From: Podarcis gaigeae
Taxonomy: Eukaryota
Assembly (NCBI GenBank): GCA_964106915.2
Contig: OZ066929.1
Strand: one strand, 5' to 3'
DNA length: 64,000 nucleotides
Shown: positions 1 to 11,027 of the stretch, in pieces
Layout of the letters: every line of letters starts with the position of its first letter
Numbering within the stretch: the first letter of the stretch is position 1
Made by a program: the position numbers and the translations under genes
The notes under the pieces: generated by a model
Databases searched by the model: none
The model's input: the letters and a program-made list of their open reading frames with translations, nothing else
What the model was told of the DNA's origin: nothing

Positions 1-125
1 CCAACTTGAATAAAATTTGGAGGGGGGGGCGGAAGCAGGTAAGCCCTGCCCTGTATAATCAATCACAAGACACAGGGCACACAAACACCATTTGAATGGC
101 AATGCCCATTAACTTTGGGGCCACT
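1..125. mobile_element. Partial non-autonomous DNA transposon (hAT-like MITE), cut by the window edge
   Basis: CCAACTTGAATAAAAT...TTGAATGGCAATG(C/G)CCAT is shared with the copy at 10343-10487. Confidence 0.55.
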
Positions 126-2929
126 GACCACTCTTCAGCATTGCTAGAACCCATCACAACCCTCTTGATTCTGGGGTTAAAGGACAGTAGTTTGTGGGCT
201 GAGGATGTCTCTGCCGAACCGTTCTCTTGCTTTAGAAATCAAGCACCAAGGCAAGGTTATTCACCAGATCCAGAGATCAGGAGGCAGAATGTCTAAAATG
301 CTGGGACCCAAAGGAGGCAGGAGGGGAAAACTTTGCAAAGACGTAAATGCATAGCTCCCCTCTGAATGACAGCAACCTTGCAGCCTCAGGTGCTGGCTTA
401 CCATTGTTATTCCAAACACTGAGGCATAGTAATTACCCATAATTACTTGTAGGCTTTGGTCCAGTGACTATCTATACCTAACGCCCCTAATGAAATTTCC
501 ATGAAGGAACACAACACCTGTTTCGTAAACAACCCCGTCTTCAGCACCTTCCGGGATTTGTTCACTAAAGGCAACAGTCTTCTCTAATGCCTCAGCCCTG
601 GAGTGACCAAGTGGGGCTCTGCCTATGACATTGCAATCGAGGAGCCTTCCTGTATAGCGTGACATTGCAATGGCAAGGTGCACTTGTCCAGTGAATAGAA
701 GGACACGTCTCTCCATTGCAATGTCATGATGGATGCCTGTCTAGTTGGGACAGGGAGAAAAGGTCCAGATTCGCATACCCAACATGTCTCGTAGTAGAAA
801 CAGAGTCTTGAGATCAAACACAACACCTGAAACCAGGTTCCACATATTGGACATGCTACCTCTGCTTCATCCTCAGGGTCTTGAGGAGCAAGTGGCAGCA
901 CTGAGAGAGACATCTGCTGCCCATCAACAGCCAAGCTTTTCTTTAGTGTACACTTTGGCTGTGTGTGTCACTCAATGGCTAGCTGACCCAACAGAGACCA
1001 GAAAGAGAACCCCTTAGTTTTCCTCAACCCCCAGAATCCTGAATCTTCAGAGGCAATCGAGGAGCCTTCCTGTATAGTGTGCCTTGAAATCTCTGCCACA
1101 GATCCTGTGTTTTTTTTGGTGGCTAATTCCATATTAATCTGTGGCTCCAACAAGCCCAGGGTCAGGCCTCCTGTGCAAAGGTGGGCAAGATTATCTGCTT
1201 ATCCCAGAAACCATCGCACTGCAAAGCTGAGTCGAGTTAGTGCAATGCCATTAGGAATTACATCAAGTGCCACAAACACCCTCCTTGCCTTCCGCCAGCT
1301 CCCATAAATCTCTTAAGCTCGGCTGCCTACGTGGCAGGGTATGGAGAAGCTGTGCCAAACGCTTAAGAGCTTCGAGTTGTACATTTCTTCCCCCTCACCT
1401 TAAAAGCCTGTAATTTTTGCTTCAACTCTAGCTTTCGCACACACAAGCATTATGTTGCTGTGTGCTTGTCAATAACAAATTGTTGATCCAGGGGGAGGGA
1501 GATGGCTTGAGAGGGTAAGAATAGCAGGTTCAAAAACTTACGGCATCTTCCAAATTCATGCTGGAAACATCTTCATCCAGTGAAATACTAGGAAGAAGGA
1601 AAGTGATATTTGGGTACGAGCTACTGGATGGAAATTCACTGGATGTGTAAAAAGGACAAAAAAAAGTAGTGTGGTTTTGAATTCCCTTCCTCCCCCCCAC
1701 TACTATATTTATCATTCAGCCACAACGGCTCCCAAAATGGTTTATGAAAACAAACAAAAGCAAATTAAACACCACTTGTAATTAAAGCCAACCAAGTCTG
1801 ACAAAACAAGTCCCCAAACCAAAAGGCAAGGAGCCTAACCAAATAATGGCAACAGCAGGACAGTCCAAACAGAGAGTGATGGGATTTGCAAGAAACAACC
1901 TGACAGCAAGAACATCTTGCTTAATATGCTGTCTGAAACCTCTTTCTATAAGTCTCTGCTCCTTGCCAAAGTCCATCCCACACCTCATTTGTGGCCCCCA
2001 TGGCTTCTGAAGAGTAAACCCCTTGAAGAACATGTTGTAGGGTGTGGGGAGAGGTCTATCTACTGTTACCAGATTTTTTTCAATGAATCCAGGGACACTT
2101 TTCAACTTCCTACTAAATAGATGGATTTTGTCAGGGGACTGACTTGTAAATCCGTGGACATCTGGTAACCTTAATCTACTATGGAAGGTCTGCTTAGGAG
2201 CCACATGACTCTGAAAAGCATGTTTCTGTCAGTTTGTCCCCTATTTCGGGAGTAGGGAGGTGTAGTGGATTCTCCACACACTCAGGTGTTCTGTATTATA
2301 TAATTACTGCTGTATATCTGGGAGCAAGCCCCATTGAATTCAACAGGAGTTACTTCTGAATATACATAGTTAGCATGTGTGTGCACCGTTTGGTTCAGGA
2401 CTGAACCAGGTATGCAAAGTATGCACAGCTTTAGTAAGATATGTATTGTAGCTAAAACCAAGATACCGTTACCAACTATCTGAATTAGAAGGGAGCTTCG
2501 GGGAGGGTGGGCGGAGGGTCAATGATGATTGGAGAGTGAAGAAATATAAGAAGCAGAAATTTGGAGAATTGCCTAGAGAGGCTCATTCGGATCCTGAAGT
2601 AGTCTGTTGGCCCCTCAAGATGACCTATCTTTTAGGCATTCAACTTGATTTCCCTGCACAAAACTTACAGAGAGGTTAGACTATATCTAGTCCTTATGGA
2701 GTATTTCCTCTGCTTTGTTTATGAGGTGGTTATATGGCAATGAACCCCCCCCTCCCGAATTCATCCTGATTTGCTTAGTTGCACATTCATCCCACACTTT
2801 AAAAATCATTTCCCTATCACTTTCGAAACCACAAGCAGACCGGTTCTTTTAAACATGGATTTGTTGTGCTGGAACAATGGAGCACTTTAATCTACTTTAA
2901 TTGCACAAACCTAATGGTTCTGACACAAA

Positions 2930-3267
2930 GGGACGCAGGTGGCACTGTGGGTTAAACCACAGAGCCTAGGACTTGCCGATCAGAAGGTTGGTGGTTCGAA
3001 TCCCTGCGACGGGGTGAGGTCCCTGCTCCTGCCAACCTAGCAGTTCGAAAGCACATCAAAGTGCAAGTAGATAAATAGGTACCGCTCTGGCGGGAAGGTA
3101 AACGGCATTTCCGTGCACTGCTCTGGTTCGCCGGAAGTGGCTTAGTCATGCTGGCCACATGACCCGGAAGCTGTACGCCGGCTCCCTCAGCCAATAAAGA
3201 GAGATGAGCGCTGCAACCCCAGAGTTGGTCACGACTGGACCTAATGGTCAGGGGTCCCTTTACCTTT
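2930..3267 (+). mobile_element. Sauria SINE (Squam1), near full length
   Basis: tRNA-like head GGGACGCAGGTGGC..., B-box GGTTCGAATCC, (ACCTTT)n tail; 17-bp TSD ACCTAATGGTTCTGACA at 2909-2925 and 3268-3284. Confidence 0.95.
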
Positions 3268-3457
3268 ACCTAATGGTTCTGACATGCGTGTAACTCCCTC
3301 TCACAAAACACTTGCAGTTTGGCGGCACCTTATGAGTATCACCTGTGAACATAAGTGGAGAGTAGCATCCTAAGTGATGAGATGATCACTGGATTAAGAC
3401 ATTACTCCAGACCCTTTTCTAATTATCTTGCTGCTCCATTTGTGGGTTAAACGTGTG

Positions 3458-3672
3458 GGACTAGCCACGATGGCTCTGCTCTGCTCACATGTCTGGAAGA
3501 AATAATTCTTCTTGATACCAGATGCTGGAACCTGCAGGAGGGGAGAGTGCTGTTGGGCTCCTGCTTGTGGGCTTCCCATGGGGCCACCTGGGTGGCCATT
3601 GTGAGAATACAAAGGTGGACTAGATAGACCATTGGACTGTTCCAGCCCTCAGGCTCTTCTTCTATTCTCATA
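3458..3672 (+). mobile_element. CR1 LINE 3' UTR fragment
   Basis: GGCCATTGTGAGA...GGACTAGAT...CCAGC...GCTCTTCTT block recurs at 7177, 12488, 24173 and 34986. Confidence 0.75.
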
Positions 3673-4466
3673 ACCAGCATAGTTAATTTATCCACTCTCG
3701 TCCGTTTTCCAAGTCTTCCATCTGACTACAGGGGGAGCCAAACCACTAACACTGTTCATCTTATTTCTAGCAATATAAAATGAGCCAGGAAGATGTTGTC
3801 ACACAGCTGTAAATGCCATTCGGGCGACTCCAGGATGGCTGCAGGAAGCTGCTTCTCCCCACAGAGCCACTAAGATTTGCTGGCATCCTTTTAATTAGCA
3901 AGGGTTTGCTAAAGTACTTTGAAATGCTCAGAAGAAAGCCAGAGCCATAATTGCCAAATATTATTGTTCCTTCCTTTTGAAATGGTTCCGCTGGAACAAG
4001 CATGCCAGATAGAGTCCAGCTCTCTCTGCCATTGTATGTTGGGACTTAATCTCAACAGGTAGCTCTTTCCATCAGGTCAAGGTCGAGGGCAGAGGTTCAG
4101 CACTAGGAATCATTTGGGCCAGGAGAGGGTCACAGCTCACCTGCGTTTCAGAAGGGTGCTATGATTTATTTATGATTTGAATATATATTTCAACCTGCCC
4201 TTCAGCTGATGATCTCAGGGCAAGATACACTTTCATTAAAATGGCCAGGCTCCCTTCCCAAAACATGACGGTGGTTTCTACTTGAGTGTAAGGAAGAGAT
4301 CTTTATTCCAGCTAATAGCAGTACAGGCTTAGCAAAGTCCTGAAGTCAAGATTCCAAGGTTCAAGAGTAAGGCTAGAGGTGTGTAATAAAACAGAAGCTA
4401 CAAAGACGGCCCAACAGTTGACACAATCCTCCCACCAAGCTTTTAAAGATGAGGAGGGGCGAGTTC

Positions 4467-4965
4467 TGTCATGGGCCAGGAGTTGGCTTCACCTGCTGAA
4501 CAGCAGCCTGAAGGAGCATAAGGCAAAGTGACTCTACCTGCTGCTGATCAGCCCTGATGAACAAACTGTCATAGTCCTATGCTGCCAGCCATGGCAGAGC
4601 TCAAGGTAGCGAGAAGCTAGCCAACCAGCTGAGTCTCAGGGGGGTACTTGCCCGGAGACAGAGTCCATATGCAAGGTTCAGTCCAGTCCTAAGGTCAGGA
4701 GCATCTCAGTTCATGTAGTCAGGTGATCCGGAGGTCAAGAAAGCCGAGGGTTCAAGGTCACGAGAAGCAAGAAGCAGCAAGGTCTAGCCAGGAATGACAA
4801 ATGTTGTTTCCAGCAACTAACTGAGGCTGGAAACCCTGCTTAAGAAACCTGGAGCCAGCTGGTTCTTACCAGGAGCAAGAAGGCTGATTGGCAGGTGGAG
4901 TCACTTCACCTTCTGCTCTTTCAGGCTGCTGCTCAGCATGTGGAGCCCACTCCTAGCCCATGACA
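4467..4965 (-). mobile_element. Solo LTR-like element with ~85-bp terminal inverted repeats
   Basis: TGTCATGGGC...GCCCATGACA ends; 5-bp TSD AGTTC (4462-4466, 4966-4970); arms match 65/75 without gaps. Confidence 0.85.
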
Positions 4966-5096
4966 AGTTCACTCATGAGACTCTCTCGCCCTAGGAGTTT
5001 GCTGCGGGCACACCCATGCGCTCTGTCTAGGTGGGTGCATCTGAACCTGCCTATGAAGTTGGTGCCTGGTTATGGGCGACAGGTCTGTGTCCTGCC

Positions 5097-5426
5097 TGTC
5101 ACGGTCCGGTTCATGGGCAATCAAAGTCCTGGCAGGGGATGTCAGTACCGGGGGCAAGATGGTGGGGTGGGAGCAGGAACGGGGGTCCAGAAGCCAGGAG
5201 TCCGAGGGTCAAGAAGCAAGGCAGGGAATGTGTTGCTTTGGCAAAGAGCCGAAGGGAAAATGCTGACTGTATATTCCTTCCTGGCTCTTGCCACCAGGTG
5301 CTGTGAGTTACCAATTGGCCTCACCTGTGTGGCTGCGCCTTGCCTCTTCAGAACAAACTTAGCAAGGGCCCAGTCCTGCAAAGTCCTATTGGTCACAGGG
5401 CCCGGCTCCTGCATGCACACCTGGCA
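5097..5426 (-). mobile_element. Gypsy-like solo LTR (330 bp)
   Basis: TGTCA...TGGCA ends; 5-bp TSD CTGCC (5092-5096, 5427-5431); removing it restores the frame of the outer element. Confidence 0.75.
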
Positions 5427-7176
5427 CTGCCCCTCGGCCTCCAGCTCTAATACCACATCCTCCTGTTCAGCCCCCCCCTGGGCTGGTTGAAATCCTTCCC
5501 CCTCCCCAATGAGGCTCTGCACTCTGTAGGAGCGGCAGGGGAGTGAACCAGCAGATCTGCTTCCTCTCTCTGAGTTCTAGAGTCACAAGGGGAGAACCTC
5601 TCTCCTCCGTTCCTGGAGGCTCACCTCCCCTGCCCTCAACTGCTTCTCTTTTTTCCTCATCTGCCTGGGGCTGCCGAACCACACCCAATCCTGGCTGAGG
5701 GGCCCATAACAAAAAACCACCATCAATAAAACAGTAGGAGAGCAACTGAAACAACCATAGAATCGACACCAAACCATGGAGAAACCACAAATCGATCTCC
5801 TAGCAGGACTAAAGCCTCTGGAAGTTTCATAAAACAAGTATGTTTTCACTTGGCACTGACATGCTAGCAGCACCCGTGCTAACTGTGCTTCCATGGGGGG
5901 CATGCCACAAATGAGGTGCCACTGCAAAGAAGGCCCTATCTCATGGGGCCACATTATGCAGCTCCCTCAATAGTGGGACCATGAGAAGGGCCACTACCTC
6001 TAGACCTAAGCACCCAGGTGGGCTGATCCCAGGAGAGACGTTACTTCAGATGCCACCATGAATGCAACCACATTAAAAGAGCTAAAGCTGAGTGATGCCA
6101 AAGAATATTCAGAAACATCCCAGCTTCTAAACAGGGGGAAATGATTGCGAAAGGCTGAAAAATCAGTGCAGTTACCCTGAAGGAAGCAGAAAGCTCTTTG
6201 GGGCAAAATGTTGTACATGGCCGAAAGGCAGGGAAGAACTGAGAAGCTGGGTGCATCTGTCACTGATTATGACAGTTTCTGATACTCCAAAGGATGTATG
6301 AGGGAATAGTGTGTGCATGTGCCCCCCTTCCCAATCCACTGGTCTACACCTGAGGCATCAGGAAACATGCCGTTTCTTCCTTCTTTTGCTTTGTATCCGT
6401 TTTACATGAACAACACAGTGCAAAACTGGAGTTAGAGAATGTTGGATCATCGCTCATCAGAGTCTTGCTTTCTCTAGGCAGGGAGTCTTTAATCCACTGA
6501 TTGTATCTAGCTACACTCTGTAGGTGTTGCTTTAAAAAAAAGAATTATATGCCGTCATTTGCGCTTGAATCTGAAGCTTTCAAGAAAACATTTGCCTGCC
6601 ACTTGGCTGTTGCTCGGTGATTGCTAGGCTGCACATGTCTGTATTTCCCGTCCCCCCCCCCTCTCCCTTTGGTGACATCTCTTTGTAAGTCAGTTTCAAA
6701 GACAGGTAGTCCCCCTCCTTCTCTCCTCCACCCCTTTTGAAGGTCTGTATAAAACTTTAATTACAGTGGCACTGTTTTAACAAAAGGAAGGAAGAAAAGG
6801 ATCATTACATCTTGGGGAACAAGCTGCAGTCAAAAAGGAAACAGGAGGGTGGGGTGGTGGTGGCGGCGGCTCCCCTTCTGTAGAGGAGCACCTTAATTTG
6901 AGCCGCACCCTCTGATAAATGAGTGGCTGAGCCCACGGGGAAGGGGCTGGTTTCTTTCGTCCTTTGGCAGGCAAGGCTCCCTCTCTACTGCTGTTTATCT
7001 TTCTCCAGTGAGAATCCAGATCATTGAACCAACTAGCAAAACTCAGTCCAGGTCTTCCCAGCTCTCTTTGATGGCACTGCTGCTTCCAGGGATGAGCAGG
7101 AAGGTCAGGCAATGGGCCAAACCCCGGGCTGAATGCCAAGTCACAAAATCAATGTCTGAACACCAGGTCACAAAGT

Positions 7177-7381
7177 CAATGGCTACTAGTCAATGATGGT
7201 ATGGCTGGAGGCAGTACTGCAACTGAATACCAGTTGCTAGAAACCACAGGAGGGGAGAGTGCTCTTGTGCTTGGGTCCTGCTCACATGTTTTGCACAGGA
7301 ATCTGGTTGGCCACTGTGAGGACAGGATGCTGAACCAAATGGGTCATTGGCCTGATCCATCAAGGATGCTCTTATCATGTT
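7177..7381 (+). mobile_element. CR1 LINE 3' end
   Basis: AATGGCTACTAG (end of ORF2, NGY*) followed by the typical 3' UTR. Confidence 0.75.
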
Positions 7382-7449
7382 TGGGGTGAGGAAGTCACTA
7401 GGAAACAACTTCACATTTTCATATGGTTTTCATGGAATGGTTACTAGTA

Positions 7450-7690
7450 CAGTGGTACCTCGGGTTACAGACGCTTCAGGTTACAGACACTTCAGGTTAC
7501 AGACTCCGCTAACCCAGAAAGAGTGCCTCAGGTTAAGAACTTTGCTTCAGGATAAGAACAGAAATTGTGCTCCGGTGGCACAGTGGCAGCGGAGGTCCCA
7601 TTAGCTAAAGTGGTACCTCAGGTTAAGAACAGTTTCAGGTTAAGAACGGACCTCCAGAACAAATTAGGTTCTTAAACCGAGGTACCACTG
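7450..7690. mobile_element. Tc1/mariner (pogo/Tigger-like) MITE
   Basis: TA|CAGTGGTACCTCGG...CCGAGGTACCACTG|TA; internal CAGGTTA(C/A) repeats; sister copies at 11028 and 34624. Confidence 0.92.
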
Positions 7691-7975
7691 TATGTTGATC
7701 TAAGGATGGCAAGATCTGTGTTCAAATTTTCCACAGCCACAAAGCTCAGTGGCCAGCTGCCCCCTCTCTCCTGCCTCCCTCTTTCCCTCTCCCTAAACTT
7801 CCCTCCAGGGCTATTGTGTGGGTGAAAAGGGATAAATGAGCTACTTAGATGAAGGGTATGTAAACATGTGAAGAATCATTGCTATTTTTGCTCTCATTAT
7901 TATTAGAAAATGAACAAAGTGCTTAATATAAGCAAAGAAGAAGGGGAGGCTCTTGTCCTGAGTGGAGATTGTTAT

Positions 7976-8097
7976 CAGTCTCTGCTAATCTGGTGCCCTC
8001 CAGATATTCCCATCATCCCCCAACAGTCGTATGATGGCAAAGCTGCCATGAATTATAGTCCAAAACATCTGAAGTGTCACTGTGTTGGCATAGGCTG
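7976..8097. mobile_element. Degenerate hAT (Charlie-like) palindromic MITE
   Basis: CCCTCCAGAT...TAGTCCAAAACATCTG; similar to 42510-42645. Confidence 0.6.
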
Positions 8098-9562
8098 GTT
8101 TAAATGAATTGGCCAGAGCAGCAATGTTGGCATAGTAGGAATGGGATAGCAGTTGGCTTTGGGGATCCAAGGAGGCAACAATTTCTTTCCCATTTGGGGT
8201 GTTTATCGCTATCAGTGATGTTTCCGTTTTGCTACAGTTCAGCCTCTGCTAAAACGCTTGTTGTTCATCTTGCTATTCGTTATGGCTAAAAGTATTGAAA
8301 TTAACTACATTATCAACTTCAACACATTTCAGAGCAAAGGAAACATCAAAAACAATGCAAAAAACAGCACAATTATTTGCATGACGTCTGAGGACTGAAA
8401 CCAGCTAATATCCACACATATCTGCTTGGATAATTTCCTTCCCTGACCTCTGATGAAGGTGCAGATTGCAGCAATTTATATGCCCATTTCTGTTTCGGAT
8501 GAAATTATCCAACAACCCTAGCTGGATGCAGGTTAAAACATTAGCTGGGATTGTTGGGGGTGAACTGGGAACAATGCACTGGTGTTTCGTTCTGTTGTTT
8601 TGTTTTGGAAAAGCCATGAGCATCATCATTTGGCTCCAGGACTGAGCTTGCAGATGACCCTTCTGTTTCACAAACACTAAAAGTGCCATTAAATTATTGA
8701 AGGAAAAGAGAGATGTCAGCAGATCTGACCCTCCCCAGCTTTGTCTCCTCCTCCTCCTCTGGTGCATTTGTTGTTTGCTGGTAGCCTGGTGGTTGCTATG
8801 TCATGACTGCCCGCAAGAGAGAAAAAGAAGCCGGAACGCTGGAACAAATGAATGGCACACGCCTTGTATCTTACACCCCAAAGAGCGAGGGAAATAATTA
8901 AGGGCTTGGTGGTTTTGTTGTGTTTCGAACCCAACAGAGACCCAGAGGCACCGGCTGGGAGAATATTGTTTGGAAGCCGGAGTGAGATCGTTGGAGGGGA
9001 AGGAAAGCTGTACTTGAGGAAAGTGTTGGAAGCCCAGCTGCAGCATAGAAAACAGCCATCGGGGGAGGGGAGGGGGAAGAGGAGGCTTGTCATGTTGCAA
9101 ATCCCTCCCTGAAGCCATGTTGGAATCCAACATATCAGAGTAGCATAATGGAGTCAGCTGGAATCATATCCAGAGATACGCTTCACAATGTAGCTTTAAA
9201 AAAACAAATCCAAATTATGAATCAATGGGATCTTAATCTTATGTTCAAAAATTATGATATGAGGCAGACTGATGGCAGGGGTGGGTGGGAAAGGAGAGGT
9301 GCAATAAAGGGATGGATGTCTGGGCAAAATGTGGCAGGTTGGGAAATGGTAACTGTCCTATTCCATTGAAGGAGCCCCCACATGGTATTGAATAGGTACC
9401 CTGAAAGGTTCTGGAAACAGCAGGGGCAGAAAGGGTGGTCAGTGGCAGGTAGGAACAATAACCCAGGGATCTGGTGTAGCTGACCACTGGGACAGCAGCA
9501 GGTAGCACACCTTTTAGAGTAGAGTAGAGAGAAGCAGGCAACCAAGTCTGGATATTTTACAG

Positions 9563-9704
9563 CAGCAGCCCCCAGCCTGGGGCCCTCTAGACGTTTCAGA
9601 CTACAACTCTTGCAAGCCTCATGAGTATGGCCTCATGATGCTGCTGGAGCTTAAATAGAATTTTAGTTCTAAACATCTGGAGGGGATTAGGCTGGGGAAG
9701 GCTG
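9563..9704. mobile_element. Degenerate hAT (Charlie-like) palindromic MITE
   Basis: CCCCAGCCT...GACTACAACTC...AAACATCTGGAGG...AGGCTGGGGAAGGCTG. Confidence 0.65.
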
Positions 9705-10067
9705 TTATATGGGAATTAGGGGTGGTGCCAAGGCAGCAGATGAGTTGATTTCAGAAGGTGCAGAACTGAACAGATATCCCAGTGCTGGGTTTGGAAAACT
9801 CAGTAGTGTAGGTACCCTGAAGCCTAGTTATGAGCCATGCAACTGAGCCACAGAGGACTACCAACGGAGGTTCCCCCAAATATCTCAGGGCAGGGGTATA
9901 AGGAATCAGGTGGTCTTCAAGATATCCTGGGACCAAGTTGTTAAGGGTCTTATAAGTTGATACAAGAACCTTGAATCTGGCCCGGCAACCCATGGACATC
10001 CAGTGCAAGCTTTTATGCATGAGTGTTATGTGCTGCTGGTAGTCTGTCCCCATCAACAGTCTAGCCC

Positions 10068-10330
10068 AGGGGTTGTTAGTCTGGTCCCTACTGCCCACTA
10101 GTGGGCATTTCAGGATTCTAGGTGGGTGGTAGAGGGTTCTACAGTACAAGCTGAATCCTCCTTCCATTGAGCACTGGTGGGCGGTAAGGAAATTTTTCCA
10201 TCAAGAAAGATGCAAATTTCAGTGGCACCCTGTGCAATACTAAAACTCAGCACACACACACACATCCCATTTCTTGCACACCATTCTACAGCATTGCTTT
10301 GCAGCACAGCGCCCAGTGTGACTGCACCAA
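10068..10330. mobile_element. Probable hAT MITE inside the L2
   Basis: Begins CAGGGGTTG exactly where L2 similarity stops; right end uncertain. Confidence 0.45.
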
Positions 10331-10342
10331 TCATGCTACTTG

Positions 10343-10487
10343 GGGTGCCAACTTGAATAAAATATTAGGGAGGCCCAAACTGTGGTGCATGCACACCAAT
10401 TGAATGGCAATGGCCATCAACCTGGGGGTGGTGGTGGCCCCCTCAAATATTTTTTGGCAGGAGGCCCCTAGAAGCTGGCTCCTGTGG
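10343..10487. mobile_element. hAT-like MITE, same family as 1-125
   Basis: GGTGCCAACTTG...AGCTGGCTCC degenerate inverted termini. Confidence 0.55.
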
Positions 10488-10656
10488 CACCATCGTAAAA
10501 CTGCCTCTGACCTCATTGCAACATTTTGCACCAGCTGGAGCTTCTGAACCAGGCACAAGGGTAGCCCCACCCAAAGTGCACTGCAGTAATCAAGTCTTGA
10601 GCTTGCCAATGCATGAATCGCCACAACAAGGCCACCCTTGTCTAAGAATGGACTTA

Positions 10657-10914
10657 CCGTATTTTTTGCTCTATAAGACTCACTTTTCCCTCCTAAAAAG
10701 TAGGGGGAAATGTGTGTGCGTCTTATGGAGCGAATGCAGGCTGCGCAGCTATCCCAGAAGCCAGAACAGCAAGAGGGATTGCTGCTTTCACTGCACAGTG
10801 ATCCCTCTTGCTGTTCTGGCTTCTGAGATTCAGAATATTTTTTTTCTTGTTTTCCTCCTCCAAAAACTAGGTGCGTCTTGTGGTCTGGTGCGTCTTATAG
10901 AGCGAAAAATACAG
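10657..10914. mobile_element. Tc1/mariner (Tc2-like) MITE with long internal hairpin
   Basis: TA|CCGTATTTTTTGCTCTATAAGAC...GTCTTATAGAGCGAAAAATACAG|TA. Confidence 0.9.
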
Positions 10915-11027
10915 TAGCTGGTACAGCAGCCAACCTTTTCTTGACTATCCAGCTTGAGGATGACTTCTGCACACTTACAGAGCTCGTTGTCCTACTTTTA
11001 AAGCACTCATTGGTATGAACGAAAATA

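Larger units (their letters stand above)
4242..5711 (-). mobile_element. Gypsy-like solo LTR (outer element), interrupted by two younger LTR-like insertions; left boundary approximate
   Basis: Right end CCCATAACA (TGTTATGGG on minus); minus-strand AATAAA near 4302-4307; reading frame rejoins exactly across the 5097-5426 insertion. Confidence 0.6.
9810..10960 (-). mobile_element. Old L2 LINE ORF2 fragment split by three DNA-transposon insertions
   Basis: Minus-strand peptides HALASSRLDYCSALWVGLPLCLVQKLQLVQN (~10512-10620) and ARLLMG...HITLMHKSLHW...RARFKVLVSTYKTLNNLVPGYLEDHL (~9880-10067) are consecutive L2 motifs. Confidence 0.85.

Noticed and set aside
7450-7690. Short CAGGTTA(C/A) repeats as a CRISPR or iteron array
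   Set aside because: They are subterminal repeats inside a TA-flanked MITE present three times in the window.
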